Shown here: piece by piece, positions 48,720 to 61,394 of the stretch | Layout of the letters: each line of letters begins with the position of its first letter | Numbering within the stretch: the first letter of the stretch is position 1 | DNA from: Nemertoderma westbladi | Taxonomy: Eukaryota > Animalia > Xenacoelomorpha | NCBI GenBank assembly: GCA_032718475.1 | Contig: JAUCBJ010001520.1 | Location: forward strand, 1 to 64,000 | DNA: 64,000 bases | Direction: 5' to 3' | The notes under the pieces: generated by a model | What the model saw: only the letters and a program-made list of their open reading frames with translations | What the model was told of the DNA's origin: nothing | The model's database searches: none | Position numbers and translations under genes: made by a program

Positions 48720-49800
48720 TTAGGGTATGGACGGACATGCGCCTAATAAGGGCCTTCCAGGGCCTGAAACTACGATCCCGCTTGTCTCCAGCACAACATG
48801 GTGCACAGCGATAATACTTTTTGTTATTTTTTATTTGGTAATGTTTTAGACCTTGTTATCAATTTTATTTAAAATGAAATTTTGTTGTAGAACAAATCTA
48901 TTTTGTTCTAGAACGAATAAATTTTGTTCTAGAATATATATGATGTTCTAGAATATATATATATTTTGTTCTAGAATATATATATATTTTGTTCTAGAAT
49001 ATATATATTTTGTTCTAGAATATATATATTTTCTTCTAGAATATATATATTTTGTTCTAGAATATATATATTTTGTTCTAGAATATATATACTTTGTTCT
49101 AGAATATATATATTTTGTTCTAGAACGTTTTTATAAATATTTTTCTTTAAACCCCTTTATTGTCTGCAAAAGTGCGGATAATGAAGACTTTATGTCCGCA
49201 TTATTTTGCGGACAAAATAAAGTTATTATCCAATCAACCTTCCAAAAATGCGGATAATAAAATATTTATCCAATCAACGATCTAGAAGTTTATTATGTTG
49301 AATTCCCATTACTTTTTCTTAGATCAGTAATTACGCTGGTAATTATTAATAAATGTTGCATTAAAATTTTAGTAAAAAAAAAGTTAGGTTACCCCCATGT
49401 GCTGAGAACTCACGCTACGCCTCTGCTAACGATAATACACTCTAACATACACATACACATATACAAGACCTTGTAAAGTTGGACATTAATAATCGTGCTC
49501 GAATATTCATATTGTTTATCGATGCTTGTCCTTTCTCGATGTTACAATTTCTAGGTGCAACAATTCTTTCTGAAAGGCTATAATCCGCAAACCAACAGGA
49601 GTGGGGCCTTCAAAGCAGCAAAAGCTGCAAGCCATCCTAGCGAACAATATAATTATACTATGGCTAGTTGTATATTGGCTTCCGACACACACTAGAAAAT
49701 GGCCATAGTATAATTATAATAGTTCGCTGATGCCTCGCAGTTTTGTCTCGCCCCACAGTCCTATACACTAACTTTGCAAGCTTTATTCCCGAAAGTTTAA
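48720..49800. mobile_element. Non-autonomous element sharing end architecture with the Crypton at 660-2997
   Basis: CCGCAAACCAAC (49586) … long hairpin (49638-49728) … TACACTA..TTGCAA mirrors the reverse complement of 2758-2907. GCGGACAAAA is shared (2929, 49208). Boundaries are approximate. Confidence 0.45.
48898..49125. repeat. ~21-25 bp tandem repeat TTTTGTTCTAGAATATATATA
   Basis: About 10 units with variable (TA)n. Confidence 0.9.
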
Positions 49801-51542
49801 AATTGCCCTTATTGCCACATTGCCCTTGCCACCAAATCCGAATGCTTGAATGTGAGAGCCTTAGAACACTTGGTTAGGTCTTCCCGGACTGGAATACCCG
49901 TCGCCTACCCTCGTCATTCCACGGTACATGATCATGCAATCGAACATGATCACATGATTTCAAAATTATAGGTAGAGCTAGTTACAACCTTCTAATTAAG
50001 AAAAGTATCACCATCAAAACTTAAAAACCAGCGTAAATATACAACGAACCTCATTTCCCCTGAGGATACCCTCTAGTATACCCCCTCCCCTACCCACTAC
50101 CCCCAAATAATTGAATAACAATATTTATTTATTAAGAATAATAACTAAGATCCTGTAGCCCTTCTGACTACATTCCGATGGTCTGAAAAAAACAGCAGCC
50201 CGATCCAATTAAATTAAGGATGGATGGTAGAATTACTGACAGATTAATCAGACACTGATCGGTGCATATTACTTGCCAATATACGTTGCTGTGAATGTAA
50301 AAATGGGAACAAATTGAGGGTGATACACAGCAACCGCCAAAACCAATGGAAGTCACTTGCTATCAATTCTATATACTAAGAATACCATCCTCACATCATG
50401 TTGATATTTATAGATCACAGATCATTGTAATAAAATTTCAGAACAGTAGCTTTACAAATGAAAAAAATGCAATAGAACTTCCCTTTAATAAAGATACTAT
50501 AATGATATCATTTTAATAATGAATTGAAATGTGAACTGATCTGAATGAACTGATCGCGGGATAAATACTTTTAACCAGCACCAAATAATATAAACACAAT
50601 ATCACCATTTTAAAGATTAATTATTTGTATTATAGCGAACACTTACACATGTATATGTATATATATTTTAGCAAGCACCCCCAACGAAAAATGGGTGTTG
50701 TGAACAAAAAAAATTTGGAGTAAATATTTTTAACCATCACCAAATTATATAAATTCTCACCATTATTATAAAGATTATTATTTATCAAATTATATGTTGT
50801 CAAAAAATATATGCTGTTCCTTACAGGAAAAAAGTACCGGTATATATCAGAATTAGTGTACAGTATTATGCTTAGAAAAGTCTTAGCGATAAATACAAGT
50901 TTAGTAAAGTTTTAGCATAAAGTTTTCACATAAGTTTTAGCAACAATTTACAACAAGTTTATCAATAAAAACCTTTTATCAATAAAATCCTTTTATCATT
51001 AAAAACCTTTTATCAATAAAAGGCTTGTCTATGAGCACAACCATTCCCAATACCTTTTATTTGTGCGGTTTATTTTATTGACATGTGTGTTGATTAATAG
51101 TGGCTTATTTAGTGGCTGATTAGTACTTTTTTTAACAGTACTGTATTATCTTTAGTATATTTTTTAACAACGACTGCCTTCTTTGATATTACGGGTGCAA
51201 TAAGGTTTCACCTTCTACCTTTTAATTTTTAATAAATAAATGATAAATAAATAAAAATAAATAAAAAATCGGTAATTATTTTACTAACTTTGAACATGTT
51301 TTTCAAAATAAGAAAATTTCCCGATTACATGATATTTTTCCTAGGCATTTTCCAGGTTTTTCCCTGTTTAATTTTTGCCCGGCCTTTTCCTGTTTTCCCG
51401 GTCGTTCGACACTCTGATACCGAACACTTACACAAGTATAAATAGATATATATTAATTAGCATGCAACAAGTAAGGGTATTTTGAAAAATCTCAAAAATT
51501 ATATCAGCCCACATGACAATTTAGGATGCTGTTCTATAATCT

Positions 51543-54500
51543 TTACGTATCATATGGATATTCACCAATCATGTTTCCAGCTGGGTAATAGTCGCAGACT
51601 ACCAGGGTCATGGTGGGGCAAACCTTAACAGCACACCCAAACATCTTTGTTTTACCCCAGATCACCTGCAACAAAATTGGAAAATCTTTTGAGATGGGGC
51701 TATTGATGTTATCTCGGTGAATTACTAATATTATTTATCTCTTATGGAAAAGGAGAAGGTTACGTTTGCATTTCATTATAAATAAAAAATAATCAGGTTT
51801 CAATGGAATAGTTTAGTGAAATCTTTATCATATTTGTCGTTGTCTAATGGTTTCAGTAGAGGACCTAAGCCTCTACCAATATAGTAGACTTTTGATGAAG
51901 GTGTACCAGTATTAGATTCCTTTCCTACAAAGAGAAATTGTTTTGATTCTCTTAAATCCTTGATTCTCGAATCATCCATTGGTTACAGTTGGTTTATATT
52001 AATTATACAGTATGTATTCCATTCTGTTGTACTGTTAATTTACTACGGTAGGCCCTACTGTTCGGAGTACAAATCGCAACACTGTTTCTTATTGATTGCG
52101 ATCCTTATAATTTGTATTATGAATCAAGATGTATTTAAAGAACATACGTAAGGTGGGGGTGAAAGAAAGGGTATCGCAGCGAGGTTTCTGGCTCTCCTAG
52201 AGGACTTCATCAGGCTTTATTAAAGTTAGAAGTTAATGAGAGAAGTTAAAGTAAGGGTATCGCATTAACTTCTAACTTTAATAAAACTTGCCAACACATT
52301 GTAACTTTAATAAAGCCTGATGAAGGCCTCTCTAGGAGAGGCAGAAAGCTCGATGCGATACCCTTTCTTTTTGTTACTTGTCGATGGGTGTAGACTTAGA
52401 ACCACTTTTGTTGTACTAAATGAATCAAGATGGATTCCAATGCTACCTGAAACTCAACTCTTCATTCTAGTTTCATTAAAAAAAAATATATATATCAGTG
52501 TCTAGTCGGTGGTTATTCCAGCTATAAAACTATCATGAATGACCACAAATGAGTTCAGTCAAGTTACAAATTTTACCTTTGTAAGGTAAATCTGCAACAA
52601 CTCAATATACAAATATATAAATTCATGATAATGAAGGTTTTAGATGTTACCTGTGTAAAATGTCCAATACCCTGGAAATTTGAATTTGACAATGGTTCCC
52701 ACTTATTATAGAGACTAACTTCATCATACCAAGGTTTCACCACATCTAAACCATTTTCGATGCAGTTTCCTCCACTACTAGACGAACCTGCAAAGAATAC
52801 ACCCATTAACATGAAATCAATGACCTAGTGTTTGAGCCATTGTGGTATTTCAGTCTCCAAATTTTATTCTTATCTCATTAAATAAAATATTCATATTTCT
52901 TACTAGTGAAAACAACTGGCCTTTAGCACTTGTACTTCTTACTTCCAGGTACATACACATAAAAGCATCATTCTCCTCTACTATTTCCCATTAAAAAGTA
53001 AAGTATAGTAAATTTTCTTCGGCCACCAGGACAGGGATTACGCACAAAGTCTGACGAGTGCCAGTGCCAGTTATTTCCAGAGCGCCCCCCCCCCCAGAAC
53101 TTTACTCCCCAGAGGAAACTCCAGTACTCATTTAGCTACCACTTAAGGATGCAAGATAGAGATGCGCCCTGGCTGGTCCCTTTAAAGCATTCGTGCCGAA
53201 ACGAAAACTGCCCTGGCCCATGTGAGGATCGAACCCACGACCTACGGGAGATGTGAATTCAATGCAACCACTACACCAAGGTGGAACACTTAGACATTAG
53301 ACATAGCAACAGCGACCTCTTGGTCTATCTTTATATTATTATATATAAAATTATCTATATCTTGAAAGCATGGTGAACGGATAATCAACAGAAACATGTT
53401 GTTATCCCTGGGTGATGAGGATGAGGGTAAGCATGGGTGATGCTGATGTTTTTTAACTGCTGTTTTTTTACTGTTCTATTTGCTTGTGTTGTAGTTAAGA
53501 AGATCATGGATGAATGCAGATGAAGTCAGCAATGATCCACAGTTGGACAACAGGTAAACTTGGGCACCACGGCCCGCATTGTTATGCCGCACTACAACCC
53601 CACCTGATTTGCAGTGCAGGTCATGGTCTAAGGGAAAATGCCTCATCCCATACCCATACCAACCTTGAGACAAGTTTTCTCTCCAATAGCTGTATTTTTT
53701 ACCGAACTCTTCCATTTCATGATACTATTTTAGAATCAGATACCGACGATTCATTCCTCACATCGCCTCTGCAAACTCCAAGTGATTCTGACAGTGAAGC
53801 TTTTAAATTTTTTAAGAAAACAGGTCTGCATTTTTTGCATTTAAACGCACGATCTCTGCTTCCCAAACTTTCCGAAATTCGAATTTTAATCAATAAATCT
53901 AACCCAGCAGTTTTAACAATCTCTGAAACTTGGCAAGATGATAGCGAAATTTATATAGAAAAATTTATATTGATAATTACATAGTTTTACGTAAGAATAG
54001 GGACAGACATGGTGGTGGTGTCTGTACTTACATTCGATATGATTTAGCTTTTAATCGTGGGAAGATTTAGAGATTTATGAAGAAGTTTTACTGGTGGAAC
54101 TTTTACTTCCTAAAACTAAACCTATTTCAATCGGTACTTTATCGGTCTTAATCGGTCTTAGGTGTTTTTAATATCTGTTACCATCACAAACTATTACTTA
54201 AATATTACTCAAACTTTACTATAATGTAGTACCAGACGAACTGAAATTAGCTAAGGTTGTTCCTCTGTATAAAAAGAATAGTAAAGTAGAACCCTGTAAT
54301 TACAGACCTGTTAGTATCTTAAGTATTGTATCTAAAATTCTAGAACGTTCTGTTTTTCTACAGCTGGAAGCACATCTTAGTAGGCTAAATCTGATCTATG
54401 AACTTCAGTCCGGTTTTCATAATTCATATTCTACAGACACCTGCCTTATTAACTTAACTGATACAATTAGATATAATAACGCAAAGGGTTTATATACTGG

Positions 54501-57210
54501 TATGGTAATGTTGAACCTACAAAAGGCTTTCGATACTGTAGATCATGAAATTCTGCTTGGTAAGTTAGGCCTGATGGGTGTAGGTTCTATAGTCTGGTTC
54601 AAGTCCTACCTGTCAGACAGAGGTCAAACTGTAGTCATTAGCAAATCGCACTCTACTGTACAAGAGATTACCTGTGGTGTAACGCAAGGTAGTATATTAG
54701 GTCCTCTGCTTTTTTTTATATGCTATGTAAATGATATGATAAGTAGTATATATCCCGATTTTAAACTCATTTTATATGCTGACGACAGTGCTCTTATTTT
54801 CTCTCATAAAGAACCTATCCCTAATTCCCAAAAGTTAAGTGCAGTTCTAGAATCCTGTAATGAGTGGTTGGTTGATAATAAGCTATCCATTCACTACGGT
54901 ACGACTGAAAGTATTTTGTTTGGTTCCAAAAGAAAGTTAAAGAAGGAAACTAAGTTTGAAGTCACTAGTAATGGACATAAGATTGGAAATAAAAAGGAAG
55001 TTAAATATTTAGGCGCCACATTGGATAACTGCTTATCAGGAGAAAGCACAGTGAAAATTATTTTCTCGAAAGTTAACAGTAGGCTTAGGTTTCTATACAG
55101 AAATAAAAAGAGTTTAAACACTGACTCCCACAATTTACTTTGCTCTTCTTTAATACAGTGTCACATGGACTATGCATGCTCTTCTTGGTAAACAAAACAG
55201 CTCAAATGTAAATTACAAGTAGCTCAGAATAAAGTAGTACATTTATAGTTTATACAGCAGTACATTACCGTTTATTAAAGACGACCTAACTCCAGATGAC
55301 TTTTCTGAATCTGGACTACTTAACTTAGAGTAGAGTAGAGTAGAGTTAAGCAGCTACGCCTTAACCATGTGCATAAAGTGTATAATGGTAAGTGTCCCAA
55401 TTACCTAAAACAAATATTCAACAGAGTACGCGATACACACTCTTACAGTACCAGAACTAGTGCTTCAAACTTTTACCTCCCGAATTGTAAATCCTTCGAA
55501 TCTGATTCTTTCTTTTTTAACTACTACCGAGCTATGGCATTGAAAGCGTTTTGGGCATCAATCATCAACACCCCCACTCCCCATCCTGTAACATCATTGC
55601 CTATAAGCAGTTCCCAAAAGAAGTGGATTGTCACCCTCCATACATACCTAAACCACTGCACAAAGATTGTCTATAATGTTCACTTCTATAATGTTTACTA
55701 CTCCCATGCCTGCCACCAAAGCCTTACCAAGGATCCATTGTAAAAGAGTCTCACCCATTCCAACTGGATGCACTCCTAGGCATTTGATCAGGGCTAAAAG
55801 CCTATTTGACATATGTTCCTTATGTCATCCCTTGGTACTAAACATAATTAGCCAGTTTTGAACCCAGTGCTCCTACGACCTACAGCATTGTGCAAGTGGG
55901 CACTGGAATCAAGCGACCTGGTAGCATCCTGACCAGAAGAACCACCACTACCATGGACTTTGTCTGCTACAGCTTCTATGAGAGATGAAGTCAGCATAGT
56001 TATAAAAGTATTTAACTTGGATCCAGGCTGAGATCATTCCCAGGTGGGGAAGCTTCTGGATTCAAGGCTAGTAGTAATTCTATGTATTATTCGCCCTTGA
56101 CTACTATCACAACATTGGGGTCAAGTAAACCTCCACCATCTTGCTCTGCGATCCTCACTCCTGACCTTACCTTTCCTCTCATCATTCATTTTGAGAAGAT
56201 GCAGATGGTCTGTTCTTTTTCTTTAAAGCTGTTGGTGTATCCACAGCAAACATGCATTGAAACTTTCAATCCAAATCATCTGCCTCTACCTACAAGGTCT
56301 CAAACTCCCCAGTATCCCACTCCCACTGCTGGAAACACTGTTCCAGGAGTTTCCTTCTTGTAAATATATAAATAACTCACACATGTATAGATTTTGTCCC
56401 ATTTTTTTCCCTTTGAACTCATGAATAACATGATTGAAATTGCAACTCTCTGCTAACTTCTCGGCTTCACGTGCAATTTTGTTATTCCATTTCTGAAAAA
56501 ATGTAAATGACATGTAAAATGACATCAAATTAATATTAAATATGTCACTGACAGAGCAATTACTGTAAAAATTAATTAGAGCCTAGTGCCTCAGTTTTTG
56601 TCGGATTTTTTCCACATCCACCACTTTGCACAAATTAGCAACTGTACATGTACATGTTTGGAGATAGCCATAACGAGAACCAGTGGAATAACCGAAACAT
56701 ATTGGATTCTGTAGACAATATTTCTGTTTTTTTTTAGATTCGGCAATGACCCTATGCATTTTGACAAACTATGCGAAGGGCATGGATTAGTCAGCGAAAC
56801 GCAGGTCACATGTGTGAAAGAAGAACTAAGTTTGTGACATGTCACATTTCTCACACCACATTTGATTTCATATTCTTCAGTCAACTAACCAATAATTGAA
56901 AAATGTGTTTATTAAATGTAGTTATTAAATAACTACTTTAAATTACTTAAATTAAGAAGGTCTAACAGATGGAAACACCATGGCCTTAGAGTCCCTTAGA
57001 ACTTACCAATGGACACAGAGGTTTTGATGGTCTGGGAAGTTTTTCACCGTTAGCCATTGATCCTGGAAGGTCCCTCCTGTAGTCGTTATGAGCGTTGATA
57101 AGCGCCTTCTTAATTTTTCTGTTGCATTTAGCGTCTGTTAAGGTAGTTTGTAGTAGTAGAGCAACCACAACCGAAAGAGCTATCATTACGAATCGTTGTG
57201 AAGTCGCCAT
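51543..57210 (-). CDS. Secreted CAP/SCP/PR-1 protein, paralogue 3, 191 aa; exons 57210-57007, 56492-56381, 52787-52651, 51665-51543
   Basis: GT-AG introns, same phases, open joined frame, signal peptide and CAP1/CAP2 signatures. Exons 2-4 encode the same peptide as paralogue 2. Confidence 0.93.
52162..52370. ncRNA. Inverted pair of minimal hammerhead-ribozyme-like motifs (Penelope/retrozyme-like), intron 3 of paralogue 3
   Basis: Plus arm: CTGATGA (52317-52323)-AG-GCCTCTC-TAG-GAGAGGC-A-GAAA (52344-52347)-GCTC. Minus arm reads GCCTGATGAAGTCCTCTAGGAGAGCCAGAAACCTCGCT. Confidence 0.55.
52994..53287 (-). mobile_element. tRNA-derived SINE (~295 bp) in intron 2 of paralogue 3; only its 3' end survives in paralogue 2 (34095-34170)
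   Basis: Minus strand: A box TGGTGTAGTGG (53278-53268), B box GGTTCGATCC (53235-53226), central TAAATGAGTAC motif, (TTTAC)n tail. Empty site visible in block 1 at ~5065-5085. Confidence 0.8.
53500..55530 (+). mobile_element. CR1-group (Crack/L2-like) LINE, internally deleted, intron 2 of paralogue 3
   Basis: Orthologous to 34170-36010 with the same large EN-RT deletion. Its 5' 100 bp also occurs in block 1 (~5615-5747). Confidence 0.88.
55530..56360 (-). mobile_element. CRE-like non-LTR relic, intron 2 of paralogue 3
   Basis: Duplicate of 36010-36842. Confidence 0.55.
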
Positions 57211-58183
57211 GTTTCTAGATCTTCATTTAGATAAATTTAAAATAATTTAGAGGTAGGTTAGGTACTGTATATAGCATTGTAAAGGATAGATAGAGGTTAA
57301 AATAAAAAAAAATTTATTGATAATCTATTGTATTGCTAGTGTTAGTAATATTTCCATGCTGTACTCCGTGTAATGCAGCACTTAATACCGTTATGATCTG
57401 AATGATTGGTGCATTGTATGTGTGACGGCAATAATGAAAATGGGGTTTATTATAAAATATACAGTTTTATTCCAAAGTTTAAAATTACGAAAATACTTTA
57501 TATGAAAAACTATACCTATGAAAGGTTTTTGTTAATAAAGAGTGATATATTTTTGTGGAAACTCCCGAAATTTTATATACTAGAAAGCCAGAAAGTTGGC
57601 TATAAGAAGACTGTCAGGCCCTTAAAGAAGGTCAGTTTGACAGTTTCCTTAAATTTAATCTGCTAATCCCAAAAAAATTACAAATTTTGGAAAACAACTT
57701 TAAACAAAGGCACACACATCCCGTTACTGATAATGTCTTTAGGTTATATATAGCAGAATAAAAATATAGTGTATACGTACCGTCGTACCTGTTGCAGTCT
57801 TCTTTTGCAGAATTTAAACCTTTTTATCAAGTTTTATAAATAAACGTAGAGTTCACTACCTCGGCTTATATTATATATAATTCTAACCGGTTGAGATCAA
57901 TGAAAGTAATTATTATGTCATATTAAGAAGTCGCCAGAAAATTTTTTTAATACATTTTTGGGTGGATAACAGCTATTGTTATAAATTCGGTATAGAAAAC
58001 GTTACATACAAATTGGTCGGGTATGGTTTTCTAAGGATCTCATAATTAGAATTTGTATTTGGTGATCAATGATTGACCATTTTGCAAAGAAATTGTTTTC
58101 TGTAGAATTGTACAATTTTTGATAATTATGTTTTCATGTATTAACAGCTGCAGTACATTGGGCATGACGCAGAGGTAAATTGA

Positions 58184-59100
58184 TTATTAGGAGCCCGCTC
58201 GACAGGCGGGATACTTACTGTAAAAATTTCAGGATATATAACACTGACTGACTGACTGATAATTATCAAGGTTCAGGCACTTCCTGCCTGTCGATTTTGT
58301 TGAAATTTTAAAAGTAAATTGCTTTGGTGGTTCATAATCGCGTTACAAAATATCAGATCGATTCAATGTGTGGTATTCGATATATTTCGTTTTTTTGAAA
58401 TTATTTTGTCGCGAAATTAAAAGCAATGGTAAAGTAACAACTCCCTGCCTGAGCTGCTGCAGCAGCTAGCTGTGTAAGAATGGTTGAGATAAGGGCTGCC
58501 TGAGATAGAATTCCATCAATGCAGAATTTCTTGACTACACCCCTCCTGCTGCTGGCTGCTGGCTGAGTCTACACATCCTTTATCAGCTCTCAGGGATAGG
58601 TAGAAAATAGTTGAGTTGTCAATAAACAAAATATAATATACCACTGCAGTAGGATTATATTATTATTCCACGAATCATTGGGCTGATTATTTTGTATAGG
58701 ATATATGTAGAAAGTTCTTAAAAATAATATTCTTATTTTTTTTATTACATAGGATTAGCATCATTTTTTAGCTGAAGCATTAATAGTGTAAATTAATTTA
58801 ATTATCTTTTAATACCATTACTACATTGGCATACTGTAAGATAAGTTTTAACATTTCTTACAAATAGTGGTGCGAGCATAAAACTCAAATCACGCAAATT
58901 TAAAAGAACCGGGTGTGTCGTCATAGCAATGTTTCATTTTTTATTATGTGGGACGAGCCACAAAGTCAGCTAGCCCTACGCCTTATAGTTTAGACAATTA
59001 TTTAGTTTACTTACTGCTGACCGACAAGGTTTATTTGTAATAGTCTTGTAAATGGGATTTTTCCCCCGGGGTCCTTCCAGCCAGCTTGCTGGCTTTCTAG
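58184..59100 (+). mobile_element. Non-autonomous Helentron/Helitron-type element (HINE/DINE-like)
   Basis: Interrupts upstream sequence that is contiguous in blocks 1 and 2 (GGTAAATT | TTTAAATCAATG). No TSD. Subterminal IRs AGGAGCCCG / CGGGGTCCT, (ACTG)n near the 5' end, 3' hairpin AGCCAGC-TT-GCTGGCT followed by CTAG|T. Confidence 0.75.
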
Positions 59101-59564
59101 TTTAAATCAATGAATATCCGGGAGTACATACTTGGACACTTTTACTTCTATAAAGTTATGAGGCAATACCCTGTCATTTTTGAGGACCTTTTCAAAGTGG
59201 GCCTTCCAACCATTGAGGTGATCGGCTGGATATTCTGCCTTAACCCTGGTGGTTCCTAGTGATATACTAATGAGATTGGGGGTTCCGAATTTTGTGGGCA
59301 GTCCAGGGGGGCTTTTTCCTGCTGCGAGTGTATACAGTGCAACGTGTGAAATGTTATTCCTATCCGCAATCTGGGGAACGGCTCCAAAGAGCAGTTTATT
59401 CTGCGAAGGGGTCTTACTGTATAAGATAAATAAAATAAAGAACAGTAATTAATTCTACCTAATACATTCTCAGTTAGCCTAATAAAATACATCGGAATCA
59501 ACCAGTAAAATGTACATGTACACATCGTCAATAAGTGAATTTTATGTTAAAAACTGAAGTTAAC

Positions 59565-60880
59565 TCGCATCAGGGGTCCCATTGAGTAACTGCTTTTTGG
59601 AAATGAGAATTGCTTGCGTAAAGGTCGTAGGACCATAGAGCCCATTTTGGCACATAGAAGGATAATTTAAGAGTTATCAAAAAAGAAAGACAGACAACTG
59701 GCTGGCCATCGGCTGTTCTCTTTGTCAATTTCTTCAAGGCCTTTGACTCAGTCTCTCGCTCACGTATGTTGAGCATACTTTCATTATATGGGATTCCTGA
59801 TGAAATTATTGCAGCAATCAGATCAGTATACGATGGTTCGACAACATTTGTGTCTACTGTTGACGGTGACACACATCAATCCGAAGTGTTATGGGGAGTC
59901 CTCCAGGGAGACACACTTGCACCATTCTTATTCATAATTGTGGTTGATTATATCTTACGCATGTCCTTATATCATCATAACGTTGCTGGGGTAATGGTAA
60001 ATCCACCTACTGGCTGTAGAAGTCGAGCAAATCCTGTCAAGTAACAAACTGATCTAGACTTTGCTGATGACTTAGGAGTACTCTCAGAATCACTAGAGGG
60101 AGCCCAGCGGGTCCTGAGCTCATTATAACAGGCTGCTTCTAGTGTTGGTCTATTTGTTAACTCCAAGAAGATCAAAATTTTGATAGTTAACTTTGAAAGT
60201 CCTCAGCAAGTTTCTGATCGGATGAGCATAAGCTCAAAGGATGGTATGCTTGAGCATGTGGACGATCTGGGATGATGGATCCGGAAGTTAGGTTAGTAAG
60301 AATACGTAAGGGTAAAGGATGGACAGCATTGAATGGTATTTCCAAGATTTGGAAGTCGCACAGAATACATCGGAAATTGAAGGTCTGATTATTTAGAGCA
60401 GCAGTAGTACCAGTACTCTATGGGAGTCCATGCTGGGCTCTAACTGCAGAGGACACCAAATCTCTGGATGGCACATTTACAAGAATGCTACGCCGGGTTC
60501 ATTGTGTCAAGTACAATGCACACATCTCCAACCAGATACAATATAACATTGGAGGTGTTTCATTGGTTCCCCCAAGTTTGAAACTTGAACAAGGCTACCT
60601 CCGCTTTGCAGGACATTGTTTTCGCCATGTGGACCAGCCAGTGCATAATCTAGTGCTTTCGCAGCCCCATGGATAAAATAAGCATGATAATAAATAAGCC
60701 CATGACTTCCTTGAGACGCCTCTTAAGGGACACTGGCCTTGAAGATAATCTTGCGGATAATCTTGAGAAAGTCATGGGGGATAGGGAGTTGTTGCGGTTC
60801 GACTTTGTTGATCATATTGGAAAAATATTTTTGTTAAGCCAGCATAGCATCTCAATTGTGCAGCTTCAATGCAGCAGACA
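59565..60880 (+). mobile_element. Degraded 5'-truncated RTE LINE, same family as 45241-47021
   Basis: Collinear with 45710-47000 but with many stops and indels. Confidence 0.9.
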
Positions 60881-61394
60881 TATGCTTAGATTTTGCTTAA
60901 ATTTCTTTATGTTAAGTTGACACTTAACATAAGTTTATATCACGTGCTGCGCTAAGTCTCTACTTCACTCTACTTCGTATTATCTATTAGTATTCCGATA
61001 TATTTAATGCTCTTGGTAAAAGTTTTACCTCTATAGGCCCAGTAGTATCCGATTACAGTTGTTTGAAAAAAGTTACTCAAAATATTCAGATTGTACTGTA
61101 TATGGTATGCCATCTAGCGGTAACTACAAAATAATAATAATAATATATGCACCCACATGCGGTGTAAATGGTAAATGCTACAGTAAAATTATATCAATTA
61201 TTAATTCTAGGTTTAGAAAATATACAGTAATTAAGTAATTCATTGATATTTTAAATTCAATTAAAAAATATAATTAAAATCAGTTTGATAGTTAGATAAG
61301 AATCATGCCAAAATACGTTAAAAATGGTGGTAATACTATTTAGGACGCCAGACGCTATAAAGAAGGGCACAATGGGCAAACTAGGGCGAGGTAG

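Larger units (their letters stand above)
50053..58181. repeat. Tandem segmental duplication, block 3
   Basis: Highly similar to 31225-38700. Confidence 0.88.

Noticed and set aside
49860-49925. 5S rRNA-like sequence (TGGTTAG…GGAATACC)
   Set aside because: Only two short words match; spacing and the remainder do not fit.
53215-53287. Functional tRNA gene
   Set aside because: A and B boxes are present but I cannot fold a proper anticodon arm or acceptor stem; it is the head of a SINE with a (TTTAC)n tail.
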